Below are positions 11,146-23,787 of a stretch of DNA of 64,000 nt, one piece after another (position 1 is the stretch's first letter; the number at the start of each line of letters is the position of its first letter). The notes beneath the pieces were generated by a model that worked only from the letters and a program-made list of their open reading frames with translations, was not told the DNA's origin and made no database searches. The position numbers and the translations under genes are program-made. Origin of the DNA: Phaeosaccion multiseriatum. Its lineage: Eukaryota > Protista > Ochrophyta, other classes. The stretch is from assembly GCA_965112735.1 (NCBI GenBank), contig OZ218965.1, forward strand, positions 496,001 through 560,000, read 5' to 3'.

Positions 11146-11985
11146 AACACGCGTGAGCTCCGGAGGGCGGCGTGGGGGCCGGCCCTCGTTCTCCTCAGAG
11201 CTCTCACCCCCTCTCCCTGATGGTACGATGAAGGACGGCACCGTACCAGGGCACCTTCGCGCCGTCGCGGCGCTCGGGTGGGGGCGGGAATATATCGAGG
11301 GGCGTCCCCTTCAACCCGTCGGCGAGAGCCGGAGGAAAAGCGGAGAAACAGGCCCTCCTCTTCGCCGTCGCCAGAATTGAGGGACCTCAACATCCGGCGC
11401 GTCGCCAGCTGTGAGCGACAAAGTGGAAGGACCCCCCCTCCACGCAGTCGCCAGTTGTGAATGAGACAGCTGGTGAACCAAGGCGTCGGGGATGTTGGGG
11501 GGAAGGACTCCTCATTTAAGAGAGCAGCCCCGTGCACGTCGGAGACCAATTGGTCTCCAAGGAGGGTCGCCCCCATCAGAGGGCGGGCACTGGTCTTTGG
11601 ACGTAGCGGAAGGTTGGGGAGTCTCCATGGTGAGCGCCCCACGCTCCACTTCACCCCCCCAATGAGCCACGCTATGTGTGGAGTCGCCGCCAACACACAC
11701 AGGATAACCAACAGCTAGGGGATCCTACGTGTTTCGATGTTGTTGTGTTGTTGTCCACCTGCTACTGATAGTGCATACAACGGAGTGCCCTCCAAATGTC
11801 GACGATAGTCCGGATTCCAACATGTGTACCACCTTTGGGACTCCACAACTCACCATCGCCTCTCCGTGGAAGGAAGATATAATGTCCTTGCAGAGTCGGG
11901 TCTATTCTCGGAGAGGTTTCCAAAACACTCGCCATATGTATGCCCCACCAGTCCATACTGTTCTTCCAGTTAGGCCCTGTGCCCC

Positions 11986-12182
11986 TGAGCCATCTAGGAT
12001 GTGGAACAGACCACACACCCCAGACAACCAACAAGCACGGGAGTGTGTATTATTAGCTTTCCTTTATCTATCTCACTTTCGTATCTATCCTCCTCCTGCG
12101 ACATGCCGGTCATATGAGGCATGTGTTCCCCAACTGGCGACAATCCGGATTCGAACATACCAAACACCTTTGAGACTCCACA
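11986..12182 (-). mobile_element. Solo LTR of the same family as 36649-39826
   Basis: The reverse complement starts TGTGGAGTCTCAAAGGTGTTTGGTATGTTCGAATCC and ends ...GATGGCTCA. A more degenerate LTR-start copy lies at ~11790-11847. Confidence 0.85.
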
Positions 12183-13476
12183 AAAACCCGCATTTACAGG
12201 GCACACACAGCCTAGACGAAGCGTTTGCTGGCCACCACATGCCTGCACTGGGCCCTGACTCTGTACATCCAGCCCAATAGAGGTATTGCATCGCCACAAC
12301 GAGGCCAAGTCGGGTCTCCGATCAGCCCAAATGGCCCAATCTGGCCCTTTGAAGTGCTCAAAAAGCCCGGAGCCGGCATTTGCAGGGCACACACAGCCTA
12401 GACGAAGCGTTTGCTGGCCACAGCATGCCTGCACTGGGCCCTGGCTCTGTACATCAGGCCCAATAGGGGTATCGCATCCCCACAACGAGGCCAAGTCGGG
12501 TCTCCGATCGGCCCAAGTGGCCCAATCTGGCCCTCTGCAATAGCTAATGCTCAAAAATGCCCAAAGCCGACATCTGCAGGGCACACACAGCCTAGACGAA
12601 GCGTTTGCTGGCCACAGCATGCCTGCACTGGGCCCTGGCTCTGTACATCAGGCCCAATAGGGGTATCGCATCCCCACAACGAGGCCAAGTCGGGTCTCCG
12701 ATCGGCCCAAGTGGCCCAATCTGGCCCTCTGCAATAGCTAATGCTCAAAAATGCCCAAAGCCGACATCTGCAGGGCACACACAGCCTAGACGAAGCGTTT
12801 GCTAGCCACAACATGCCTGCACTGGGCCCTGGCTCTGTACATCAGGCCTAATAGAGGTATCTCATCGCCACAACGAGGCCAAGTTGGGTCTCCGATCGGC
12901 CCAAGTGGCCCAATCTGGCCCTTTGCAGTGCTCAAAAATGCCGAAAGCTGGCATTTGCAGGGCACACACAACCTAGACGAAGCGTTTGCTGGCCACAACA
13001 TGCCTGCACTTGGCCCTGAGGATTTTTAGTTAGCCCAATACAGGGACTGCATCGCCACAATTAGGCCAAGTGGCGCATCCGATTGGCCCAAATTGCGCAA
13101 AGCTGGCATTTGCAGCCAGGGCACACACAGCCTAGACGAAGCGTTTGCTGGCCACAACATGCCTGCACTGGGCCCTGACTCTGCATCACCAGCCCAATAG
13201 AGAGACTGCATCGCCACAACGAGGCCAAGTTGGGCATCCGATCGGCCCAATTTGCGCAAAGCCGGCATTTGCAGGGCACACACAGCCTAGACGAAGCGTT
13301 TGCTGGCCACAACATGCCTGCACTGAGCCCTGACTCTGCATAACAAGCCCAAAAGACGTACTGCATCGCCACAACGAGGCCAAGTGGGGCATCCGATCGG
13401 CCCAAATGGCCCAATCTGGCCCTTGGCAGTGCCCAAAAAAGCCCAAAGCCGGCATTTGCAGGGCACACACAGCCTA

Positions 13477-16400
13477 AGCCTGTTCAGCAGCGCAGCAACG
13501 GAACTTTGTTTCTCGCGGAACAGAGACGAGGACGAGGTGGGAGACATGGGAGCCAGCAGGGCGAAGCGTCAGCGTAGGTGCTTGGTACCGCCCCAAGGGG
13601 GGGGTCCCCTCTGGGGAGATGTACAGTATGTCAGTGAAGCAGGGAATTTAGATTTTTCAGAAGAGGAGAGACCTTGGCGTGTGCTGTCACTTACTGAGGC
13701 GGCGGAGACAGAGTCCAGGAAGAGTGGAGCACACTGTCAAGGAGGAGAGTAGATACTGGTGTGGTGGAAAGCGAGCCTCTTGTCCTGGCAAGCGCTTGTG
13801 TTGGCCAAGGGGATCCGCCTGGTGTTGCGAGCCGGGATCCTCGTGGAAGAGGGAGGAAGAGCTAGGGAGACTGTGTCTGGTGTTGCGTGCCGACAGTCTC
13901 CACGGTGTTGCGTGCCGGAACTCTTCTTTTCTTTCCTTTGCCGGTGTTGCGGGGCTCTATGGCTTGGGACAAGCGGTGTCTGGTGTTGCGTGCCGACCGC
14001 CTCCACGGTGTTGCGTGCCGGCGCCTTTTGCCCTCTTCGCCCTTTCTTCCTTGCTGGTATCGCCGTAGGATCCGCGTCCGGTGTTGAGGCCGACGCCCTA
14101 CTCATCTCTCCGCCCTCTCCTCTCTCCCGTGGCCCAAGGTTTGGGGGGTGTGGTCCACGGCATTTTTTGTCTTTTTGCGAGGCGAAAGGGGCTCCCGGGT
14201 GACGGCAGGCCCCTTAGCTCTTCCAGGTGTCTGTCTGTATGTTTGTGTGTGTATGTTTCGACGGTGTTTCTGTGTGTAGGGTGCGTATTTCCTGTGTTTG
14301 GCGTGCGAATAAGGGCCTCCTCCACAAAGGAGGCTGGCTCTGCGCGTGGTGACAACAGCGGCTCATCCCTCGCCATTCCGGCCCTCAACGGCGGGCGGGG
14401 CAGTCCTAGGCAACAGCAGCCGTGGTCACTGCCCCTACACACGATGTGTGTTTGTATCTGTGTGTGCTGGTCTGCGTCTGTGTGTGCTAGTGTCCGTTTG
14501 TGCGTGCTGGTGTCCCTGTATTGTGCCTTTGTCTATGTCTGTGTGCCTGTGAATGTTTGTGTACGTCTGCGTGTTTAAGTGTACCTCCCTTGTTGTTGGA
14601 GTGTCTCCCACCTACAACAGCAGTATGGCCAGAAGGAGGCGTACGTGGTCGCCACTGGGCTTGCCTGCAGTCTCTCTGGATGGGTGGGGGCGTAGCTGAC
14701 CTTCGATACGGGAGCTCGCACAGCCCACCTCCGGCAGCTACATCCGAGAGACATATCGGGCCGAGGAGCGGCGAAGGGAAGGAGACGGACTACAGCTGTA
14801 CCTCCCTCACCATCTCGAACGCATGGGAAGGGGAGGGGGGGGGTCCGATGGGGGCTCAGCTCTCAGGACAAACAGCAACCGCCAGGCAGTTAGTACGAGC
14901 GTCAAAGGTGGCAGCATGGATGCGAAGGCAGCTATTCGGGCTGTTGGAAGGAACCGGAGAGCCCTTTGATGGTGGTTGGCGCCTCTAGTTTGCGTGTGGA
15001 GCGGATATGGGACCTGTGGCCATAACAGCGAACCGATGGGCGACAAGAGAGGCACAGCATACGAGGGAGAATTGGGAATTGGAAGGCGGCATTGGGAGTG
15101 CACGGTACTCGCATTTCGGGAGGTACGGCAGCGTTTGGTGACCGTCTACGGAGTGTACGGCGATGTACGTCGTCCGGTGCTGAAGGAAATTGGGGCATTG
15201 AGCAGTGTGGCTACTTATCTGTAATGGACGGCGGAAGCATGACGTTTGGTCGTTCACAACAGCTATGGAGTGGAAGTCGGGGCCTGCCTGTGATGCAGAA
15301 GAGAAGGTGATGGATTTTTCGGCGTTGGGGCTCGTGAGCGGTGTGAACATGGAGGATGGGAGAGAACAGGGCTTGTGGCTCGCTCTGCTTGCACGACTTA
15401 CTTGCAGTAGTATGGATGGACTACCCTCTTGCTATCGTGCTCGGTGGTCGAGGGATTGATGCCGCCGCGCTTGAGATATTGGACTTGTTCATTTTTCGGG
15501 CCCGCAGCACCGAGGTGTTTTGCATTCGTTGCATTGCTCAGCTGGTACAGCGGAAGTCCGCGGCGGACGGTTGGAATCGCAGCGGAGTGGTCTTGGTACG
15601 GCGTGTGCAGAAGGGTAACTTCTACGAGTTGATGTTCGAAGAGCTTGGAGCGGAAAACATGAGCGCTTCTGTGAGGGCATTTTCGGCTTTTCTACAGGGG
15701 TTGGATATATGGACACTTTTGGATCTGTGATTCCGGAAAGAATCCGAATTTGCTGGTTTGGGCGCGCTTTGCTGCTTCCACCAGCCGTGCCAGAGGACTG
15801 CGCAGTGTATTTCGCTCAGTGGCTCGCCTCCCCCCCAGCACACCATCCCAAGCGAGTGGGGGGTGTGTGATGGTCAGCAGGGGGCGTGCGAAGGGACCTC
15901 TTCAGAGGACACTGACTCTGCCCGTGGCGACACCAGCGGCTCCTCCCTCGCCATCATTCCTCCCCCAGCAGCGGGGAGCGCAGCCCTTGGCAACAGCACC
16001 AGCAGCCCTACACCGGTACACGCGGCGGGTGTTTGTATCTGTGTGTGTACTGGTGTGCGTCTGTGTCTACTGGTGCCCCTGTATGTGTATTATTATGTCT
16101 GTCTGTGTATGAATGTTTGTGTATCTTTGTGTTTTGTGTACCGGCCGACTACGATCGGGAGAGTGGGCTCTCGACTAGGCTGGGGCAGGTGCTGCTGCAC
16201 CCTCGCAGCGCACCGGTGGGTACTCGGATGGGTGGGGGTGAAGCGGGACTTGGGGTGCTCACTGCGGTGGCACCCCACACTCCACTACATCCGAAACCCG
16301 GTGCCCGCCTCCCTCCATAGAGGCGGCCCCCTTGGAGGCGCTCTGCGCTCCCGAGGTGGGACTCCCTCACGGGACTGCCCCCCCCTACTAATGATGAGTC

Positions 16401-16650
16401 CTTCCCCCAACGTTAGCTACCCCTGGCCCACGACCTCTCCACCTGCGGAGCAGGTGGCCACTTGGGAGTCCAGCCCTATTCCTCTTGGCCTCGAACAGCC
16501 GGCCACGGCGTGGATGTGGATAGTCCTCAGCATGCATACTGCGACGCCTTGGAGCGGGAGTCGGACATCTCCCGGGCCCTCGCCTACGACTGAAGGGAGG
16601 AGGCCTCTCACTGGCTTCCCACCTTCGCCCGAGCGCCGCGACGGCGCGAA
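13477..16650. mobile_element. Divergent 3.2-kb member of the A/B element family inserted in the satellite
   Basis: It interrupts a monomer cleanly (agccta|gacgaag) with no TSD. The left end gcctgttcagcagcgcagcaacggaactttgtttctcgcgg resembles A, and the right end gagcgccgcgacggcgcgaa resembles B. It carries the shared cassette (~14840-15780), GT-rich duplicated blocks (~14330-14575 and ~15910-16140) and tggtgttgcgtgccg repeats (13820-14020). Confidence 0.78.
15356..15730 (+). CDS. Unknown 124-aa ORF-B of the shared TE cassette (copy 1)
   Basis: Homologous and co-linear with 38546-38920 and 43995-44576(-). Coding function is unproven. Confidence 0.3.
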   Translation: MGENRACGSLCLHDLLAVVWMDYPLAIVLGGRGIDAAALEILDLFIFRARSTEVFCIRCIAQLVQRKSAADGWNRSGVVLVRRVQKGNFYELMFEELGAENMSASVRAFSAFLQGLDIWTLLDL

Positions 16651-19600
16651 GACGAAGAGTTTGCTGGCCACAACATGCCTGCACTGGGCCCTGACTCTGC
16701 ATAACCAGCCCAAAAGAGGTACTGCATCGCCACAATGAGGCCAACTGGGACGTCCGATCGGCCCAAATGGCCCAATCTGGCCCTTGGCAGTGCTCAAAAA
16801 AGCCCAAAGCCGACATTTGCAGGGCACACACAGCCTAGACGAAGCGTTTGCTGGCCACAACATGCCTGCACTGGGCCCTGACTCTGCATAACAAGCCCAA
16901 TAGACGTACTGCATCGCCTCAACGAGGCCAAGTTGGGCATCCGATCGGCCCAAATTGCGCAAAGCCGGCATTTGCAGGGCACACACAGCCTAGACGAAGC
17001 GTTTGCTGGCCACAACATGCCTGCACTGGGCCCTGACTCTGCATAACAAGCCCAAAAGACGTACTGCATCGCCACAACGAGGCCCAGTGGGGCATCCGAT
17101 CGGCCCAAATGGCCCAATCTGGCCCTTGGCAGTGCTCAAAAATGCCCAAAGCCGACATTTGCAGGGCACACACAGCCTAGACGAAGCGTTTGCTGGCCAC
17201 AACATGCCTGCACTGGGCCCTGACTCTATATACTTAGCCCAAAAGACGTACTGCATCGCCACAACGAGGCCAAGTTGGGCATCCGATCGGCCCAAATGGC
17301 CCAATCTGGCCCTTGGCAATGCTCAAAAATGCCCAAAGCCGGCATTTGCAGGGCACACACAGCCTAGACGAAGCGTTTGCTGGCCACAACATGCCTGCAC
17401 TGGGCCCTGACTCTGCGTAACTAGCCCAATAGAGGTACTGCATCGCCACAATGAGGCCAACTGGGACGTCTGATCGGCCCAAATGGCCCAATCTGGCCCT
17501 TGGCAGTGCTCAAAAAGCCCAAAGCCGACATTTGCAGGGCACACACAGCCTACACGAAGCGTTTGCTGGCCACAACATGCCTGCACTGGGCCCTGACTCT
17601 GCATAACCAGCCCAATAGAGGTACTGCATCGCCACAATGAGGCCAACTGGGACGTCCGATCGGCCCAAATGGCCCAATCTGGCCCTTGGCAGTGCTCAAA
17701 AAGCCCAAAGCCGACATTTGCAGGGCACACACAGCCTAGACGAAGCGTTTGCTGGCCACAACATGCCTGCACTGGGCCCTGACTCTGCATAACAAGCCCA
17801 ATAGACGTACTGCATCGCCACAACGAGGCCAAGTTGGGCATCCGATCGGCCCAAATTGCGCAAAGCCGGCATTTGCAGGGCACACACAGCCTAGACGAAG
17901 CGTTTGCTGGCCACAACATGCCTGCACTGGGCCCTGACTCTGCATAACAAGCCCAAAAGACGTACTGCATCGCCACAACGAGGCCCAGTGGGGCATCCGA
18001 TCGGCCCAAATGGCCCAATCTGGCCCTTGGCAGTGCTAAAAAATGCCCAAAGCCGACATTTGCGGGGCACACACAGCCTAGACGAAGCGTTTGCTGGCCA
18101 CAACATGCCTGCACTGGGCCCTGACTCTATATACTTAGCCCCAAAGACGTAGTGCATCGCCACAACGAGGCCAAGTTGGGCATCCGATCGGCCCAAATGG
18201 CCCAATCTGGCCCTTGGCAATGCTCAAAAATGCCCAAAGCCGGCATTTGCAGGGCACACACAGCCTAGACGAAGCGTTTGCTGGCCACAACATGCCTGCA
18301 CTGGGCCCTGACTCTGCGTAACTAGCCCAATAGAGGTACTGCATCGCTACAATGAGGCCAACTGGGACGTCTGATCGGCCCAAATGGCCCAATCTGGCCC
18401 TTGGCAGTGCTCAAAAAGCCCAAAGCCGGCATTTGCAGGGCACACACAGCCTAGACGAAGCGTTTGCTGGCCACAACATGCCTGCACTGGGCCCTGACTC
18501 TGCGTAACTAGCCCAATAGAGGTACTGCATCGCCACAATGAGGCCAACTGGGACGTCTGATCGGCCCCAATGGCCCAATCTGGCCCTTGGCAGTGCTCAA
18601 AAAGCCCAAAGCCGACATTTGCAGGGCACACACAGCCTACACGAAGCGTTTGCTGGCCACAACATGCCTGCACTGGGCCCTGACTCTGCATAACCAGCCC
18701 AAAAGAGGTACTGCATCGCCACAATGAGGCCAACTGGGACGTCTGATCGGCCCAAATGGCCCAATCTGGCCCTTGGCAGTGCTCAAAAAGCCCAAAGCCG
18801 ACATTTGCAGGGCACACACAGCCTACACGAAGCGTTTGCTGGCCACAACATGCCTGCACTGGGCCCTGACTCTGCATAACCAGCCCAAAAGAGGTACTGC
18901 ATCGCCACAATGAGGCCAACTGGGACGTCCGATCGGCCCAAATGGCCCAATCTGGCCCTTGGCAGTGCTCAAAAAAGCCCAAAGCCGACATTTGCAGGGC
19001 ACACACAGCCTAGACGAAGCGTTTGCTGGCCACAACATGCCTGCACTGGGCCCTGACTCTGCATAACAAGCCCAAAAGACGTACTGCATCGCCACAACGA
19101 GGCCAAGTTGGGCATCCGATCGGCCCAAATTGCGCAAAGCCGGCATTTGCAGGGCACACACAGCCTAGACGAAGCGTTTGCTGGCCACAACATGCCTGCA
19201 CTGGGCCCTGACTCTGCATAACAAGCCCAAAAGACGTACTGCATCGCCACAACGAGGCCCAGTGGGGCATCCGATCGGCCCAAATGGCCCAATCTGGCCC
19301 TTGGCAGTGCTAAAAAATGCCCTAAGCCGACATTTGCAGGGCACACACAGCCTAGACGAAGCGTTTGCTGGCCACAACATGCCTGCACTGGGCCCTGACT
19401 CTATATACTTAGCCCAAAAGACGTAGTGCATCGCCACAACGAGGCCAAGTGGGGCATCCGATCGGCCCAAATGGCCCAATCTGGCCCTTGGCAGTGCCCA
19501 AAAAAGCCCAAAGCCGGCATTTGCAGGGCACACACAGCCTAGACGAAGCGTTTGCTGGCCACAACATGCCTGCACTGGGCCCTGACTCTGCATGACCAGC

Positions 19601-19692
19601 CCAAAAGAGGTACTGCATCGCCACAATGAGGCCAACTGGGACGTCCGATCGGCCCAAATGGCCCAATCTGGCCCTTGGCAGTGCTCAAAAAA

Positions 19693-20487
19693 CGCTGCTT
19701 CAGCAGCGAAGCCACGGGAGTTCTGTTCTCGCGGAGTGGAGTCGACGGAGAAACAGGGTATTGAGAGCCGAGGAGGGTGGAGCGTGAGCGCGTGTGTGGA
19801 CCCCGAGGGAGCTGGTAGGATAGAATATATTTATGGCAGCAGATGGAGAACAACGGATTTGGATTTTCCGCTGGAGCTCAGAAGAGGAGGAGCCCTGCTG
19901 TACTCGCCACCCTACCGTGATTGAAGGAGATAGAGAGCAGGTGCGGGAGCGTGTACAAGCAGGGAGGAGAGTAGAGACCGATGGTGTAGGAAAGCAAGGA
20001 TCGCAGTAGGGCCCGACTGCTTCTCTTGTGAGGGTGAAGGTGCTGTGTGCTTACTTGTGTCATGCTAACTGTCGCAAACACAAGAGGTGCCCCCAATGCT
20101 AACTGTCGCAAGGGCTTGCGCTACGCACACGCATCTAGTAGAAGTGAGAGACCCTTAGCCTGGTGTAGTATGGAGCTCTCGCCGGGCAAAAGGCTTTTTC
20201 TTTCTCCACCCACCCACCCATCTAGATTAGTTTAGTACATAGTAGTTAGATACTCAGTAGTTAAGGGGGGGATGAGCGGCTCCTCTGAACCGCTGCCCCC
20301 AAAGGCCCGTGCTCGCCCCCGTCAGGGAAGCGACACCCCGGAGGCACTGTGTGCCCCGAGGTGAGTCCCTCTCAGGACTGCACTCTTAATGAAAAGTTTA
20401 TCCCCCAACAATGGCGACGACTGGATGAGGAAGAGCGAGGCCTCTCAATGGGTACCCAGTTTTGATTGAGCGCAACGACCGCGAGAA
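19693..20487. mobile_element. 795-bp short A-spacer-B element
   Basis: It starts cgctgcttcagcagcg and ends gaccgcgagaa. It is flanked by CTCAAAAAA on both sides (19684-19692, 20488-20496). Confidence 0.9.
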
Positions 20488-21739
20488 CTCAAAAAAGACC
20501 AAAGCCGGCATTTGCAGGGCACACACAGCCTAGACGAAGCGTTTGCTGGCCACAACATGCCTGCACTGGCCCCTGACTCTGCATAACCAGCCCAAAAGAC
20601 GTACTGCATCGCCACCATGAGGCCAAGTTGGGCATCCGATCGGCCCAAATGGCCCAATCTGGCCCTTGGCAGTGCTCAAAAAGCCCAAAGCCGACATTTG
20701 CAGGGCACACACAGCCTAGACGAAGCGTTTGCTGGCCACAACATGCCTGCACTGGGCCCTGACTCTGCATAACCAGCCCAATAGAGGTACTGCATCGCCA
20801 CAATGAGGCCAACTGGGACGTCCGATCGGCCCAAATGGCCCAATCTGGCCCTTGGCAGTGCTCAAAAAAGACCAAAGCCGGCATTTGCAGGGCACACACA
20901 GCCTAGACGAAGCGTTTGCTGGCCACAACATGCCTGCACTGGGCCCTGACTCTGCATAACAAGCCCAATAGAGGTACTGCATCGCCACAACGAGGCCAAG
21001 TTGGGCATCCGATCGGCCCAAATTGCGCAAAGCCGGCATTTGCAGGGCACACACAGCCTAGACGAAGCGTTTGCTGGCCACAACATGCCTGCACTGGGCC
21101 CTGACTCTGCATAACAAGCCCAATAGACGTACTGCATCGCCACAACGAGGCCAAGTTGGGCATCCGATCGGCCCAAATTGCGCAAAGCCGGCATTTGCAG
21201 GGCACACACAGCCTAGACGAAGCGTTTGCTGGCCACAACATGCCTGCACTGGGCCCTGACTCTGCATAACAAGCCCAAAAGACGTACTGCATCGCCACAA
21301 CGAGGCCCAGTGGGGCATCCGATCGGCCCAAATGGCCCAATCTGGCCCTTGGCAGTGCTAAAAAATGCCCAAAGCCGGCATTTGCAGGGCACACACAGCC
21401 TAGACGAAGCGTTTGCTGGCCACAACATGCCTGCACTGGGCCCTGACTCTATATACTTAGCCCAAAAGACGTACTGCATCGCCACAACGAGGCCAAGTGG
21501 GGCATCCGATCGGCCCAAATGGCCTAATCTGGCCCTTGGCAGTGCCCAAAAAAGCCCAAAGCCGGCATTTGCAGGGCACACACAGCCTAGACGAAGCGTT
21601 TGCTGGCCACAACATGCCTGCACTGGGCCCTGACTCTGCATGACCAGCCCAAAAGAGGTACTGCATCGCCACAATGAGGCCAACTGGGACGTCCGATCGG
21701 CCCAAATGGCCCAATCTGGCCCTTGGCAGTGCTCAAAAA

Positions 21740-22534
21740 TGCTGCTTCAGCAGCGAAGCCACGGGAGTTCTGTTCTCGCGGAGTGGAGTCGACGGAGAAA
21801 CAGGGTATTGAGAGCCGAGGAGGGTGGAGCGTGAGCGCGTGTGTGGACCCCGAGGGAGCTGGTAGGATAGAATATATTTATGGCAGCAGATGGAAAACAA
21901 CGGATTTGGATTTTCCGCTGGAGCTCAGAAGAGGAGGAGCCCTGCTGTACTCGCCACCCTACCGTGATTGAAGGAGATAGAGGGCAGGTGCGGGAGCGTG
22001 TACAAGCAGGGAGGAGAGTAGAGACCGATGGTGTAGGAAAGCAAGGATCGCAGTAGGGCCCGACTGCTTCTCTTGTGAGGGTGAAGGTGCTGTGTGCTTA
22101 CTTGTGTCATGCTAACTGTCGCAAACACAAGAGGTGCCCCCAATGCTAACTGTCGCAAGGGCTTGCGCTACGCACACGCATCTAGTAGAAGTGAGAGACC
22201 CTTAGCCTGGTGTAGTATGGAGCTCTCGCCGGGCAAAAGGCTTTTTCTTTCTCCACCCACCCACCCATCTAGATTAGTTTAGTACATAGTAGTTAGATAC
22301 TCAGTAGTTAAGGGGGGGATGAGCGGTTCCTCTGAACCGCTGCCCCCAAAGGCCCGTGCTCGCCCCCGTCAGGGAAGCGACACCCCGGAGGCACTGTGTG
22401 CCCCGAGGTGAGTCCCTCTCAGGACTGCACTCTTAATGAAAAGTTTATCCCCCAACAATGGCGACGACTGGATGAGGAAGAGCGAGGCCTCTCAATGGGT
22501 ACCCAGTTTTTATTGAGCGCAACGACCGCGAGAA
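21740..22534. mobile_element. 795-bp short A-spacer-B element (copy amplified within a 2047-bp higher-order repeat)
   Basis: Near-identical to 19693-20487, with the same satellite junctions. Confidence 0.9.
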
Positions 22535-23787
22535 CTCAAAAAAGACCAAAGCCGGCATTTGCAGGGCACACACAGCCTAGACGAAGCGTTTGCTGGCCAC
22601 AACATGCCTGCACTGGCCCCTGACTCTGCATAACCAGCCCAATAGAGGTACTGCATCGCCACCATGAGGCCAAGTTGGGCATCCGATCGGCCCAAATGGC
22701 CCAATCTGGCCCTTGGCAGTGCTCAAAAAGCCCAAAGCCGACATTTGCAGGGCACACACAGCCTAGACGAAGCGTTTGCTGGCCACAACATGCCTGCACT
22801 GGGCCCTGACTCTGCATAACCAGCCCAATAGAGGTACTGCATCGCCACAATGAGGCCAACTGGGACGTCCGATCGGCCCAAATGGCCCAATCTGGCCCTT
22901 GGCAGTGCTCAAAAAAGACCAAAGCCGGCATTTGCAGGGCACACACAGCCTAGACGAAGCGTTTGCTGGCCACAACATGCCTGCACTGGGCCCTGACTCT
23001 GCATAACAAGCCCAATAGAGGTACTGCATCGCCACAACGAGGCCAAGTTGGGCATCCGATCGGCCCAAATTGCGCAAAGCCGGCATTTGCAGGGCACACA
23101 CAGCCTAGACGAAGCGTTTGCTGGCCACAACATGCCTGCACTGGGCCCTGACTCTGCATAACAAGCCCAATAGACGTACTGCATCGCCACAACGAGGCCA
23201 AGTTGGGCATCCGATCGGCCCAAATTGCGCAAAGCCGGCATTTGCAGGGCACACACAGCCTAGACGAAGCGTTTGCTGGCCACAACATGCCTGCACTGGG
23301 CCCTGACTCTGCATAACAAGCCCAAAAGACGTACTGCATCGCCACAACGAGGCCCAGTGGGGCATCCGATCGGCCCAAATGGCCCAATCTGGCCCTTGGC
23401 AGTGCTAAAAAATGCCCTAAGCCGACATTTGCAGGGCACACACAGCCTAGACGAAGCGTTTGCTGGCCACAACATGCCTGCACTGGGCCCTGACTCTATA
23501 TACTTAGCCCAAAAGACGTACTGCATCGCCACAACGAGGCCAAGTGGGGCATCCGATCGGCCCAAATGGCCCAATCTGGCCCTTGGCAGTGCCCAAAAAA
23601 GCCCAAAGCCGGCATTTGCAGGGCACACACAGCCTAGACGAAGCGTTTGCTGGCCACAACATGCCTGCACTGGGCCCTGACTCTGCATGACCAGCCCAAA
23701 AGAGGTACTGCATCGCCACAATGAGGCCAACTGGGACGTCCGATCGGCCCAAATGGCCCAATCTGGCCCTTGGCAGTGCTCAAAAAA

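Noticed and set aside
19693-20487. Hammerhead ribozyme (Penelope-like) in A/B or the satellite
   Set aside because: No CUGANGA...GAAA core was found by eye on either strand.
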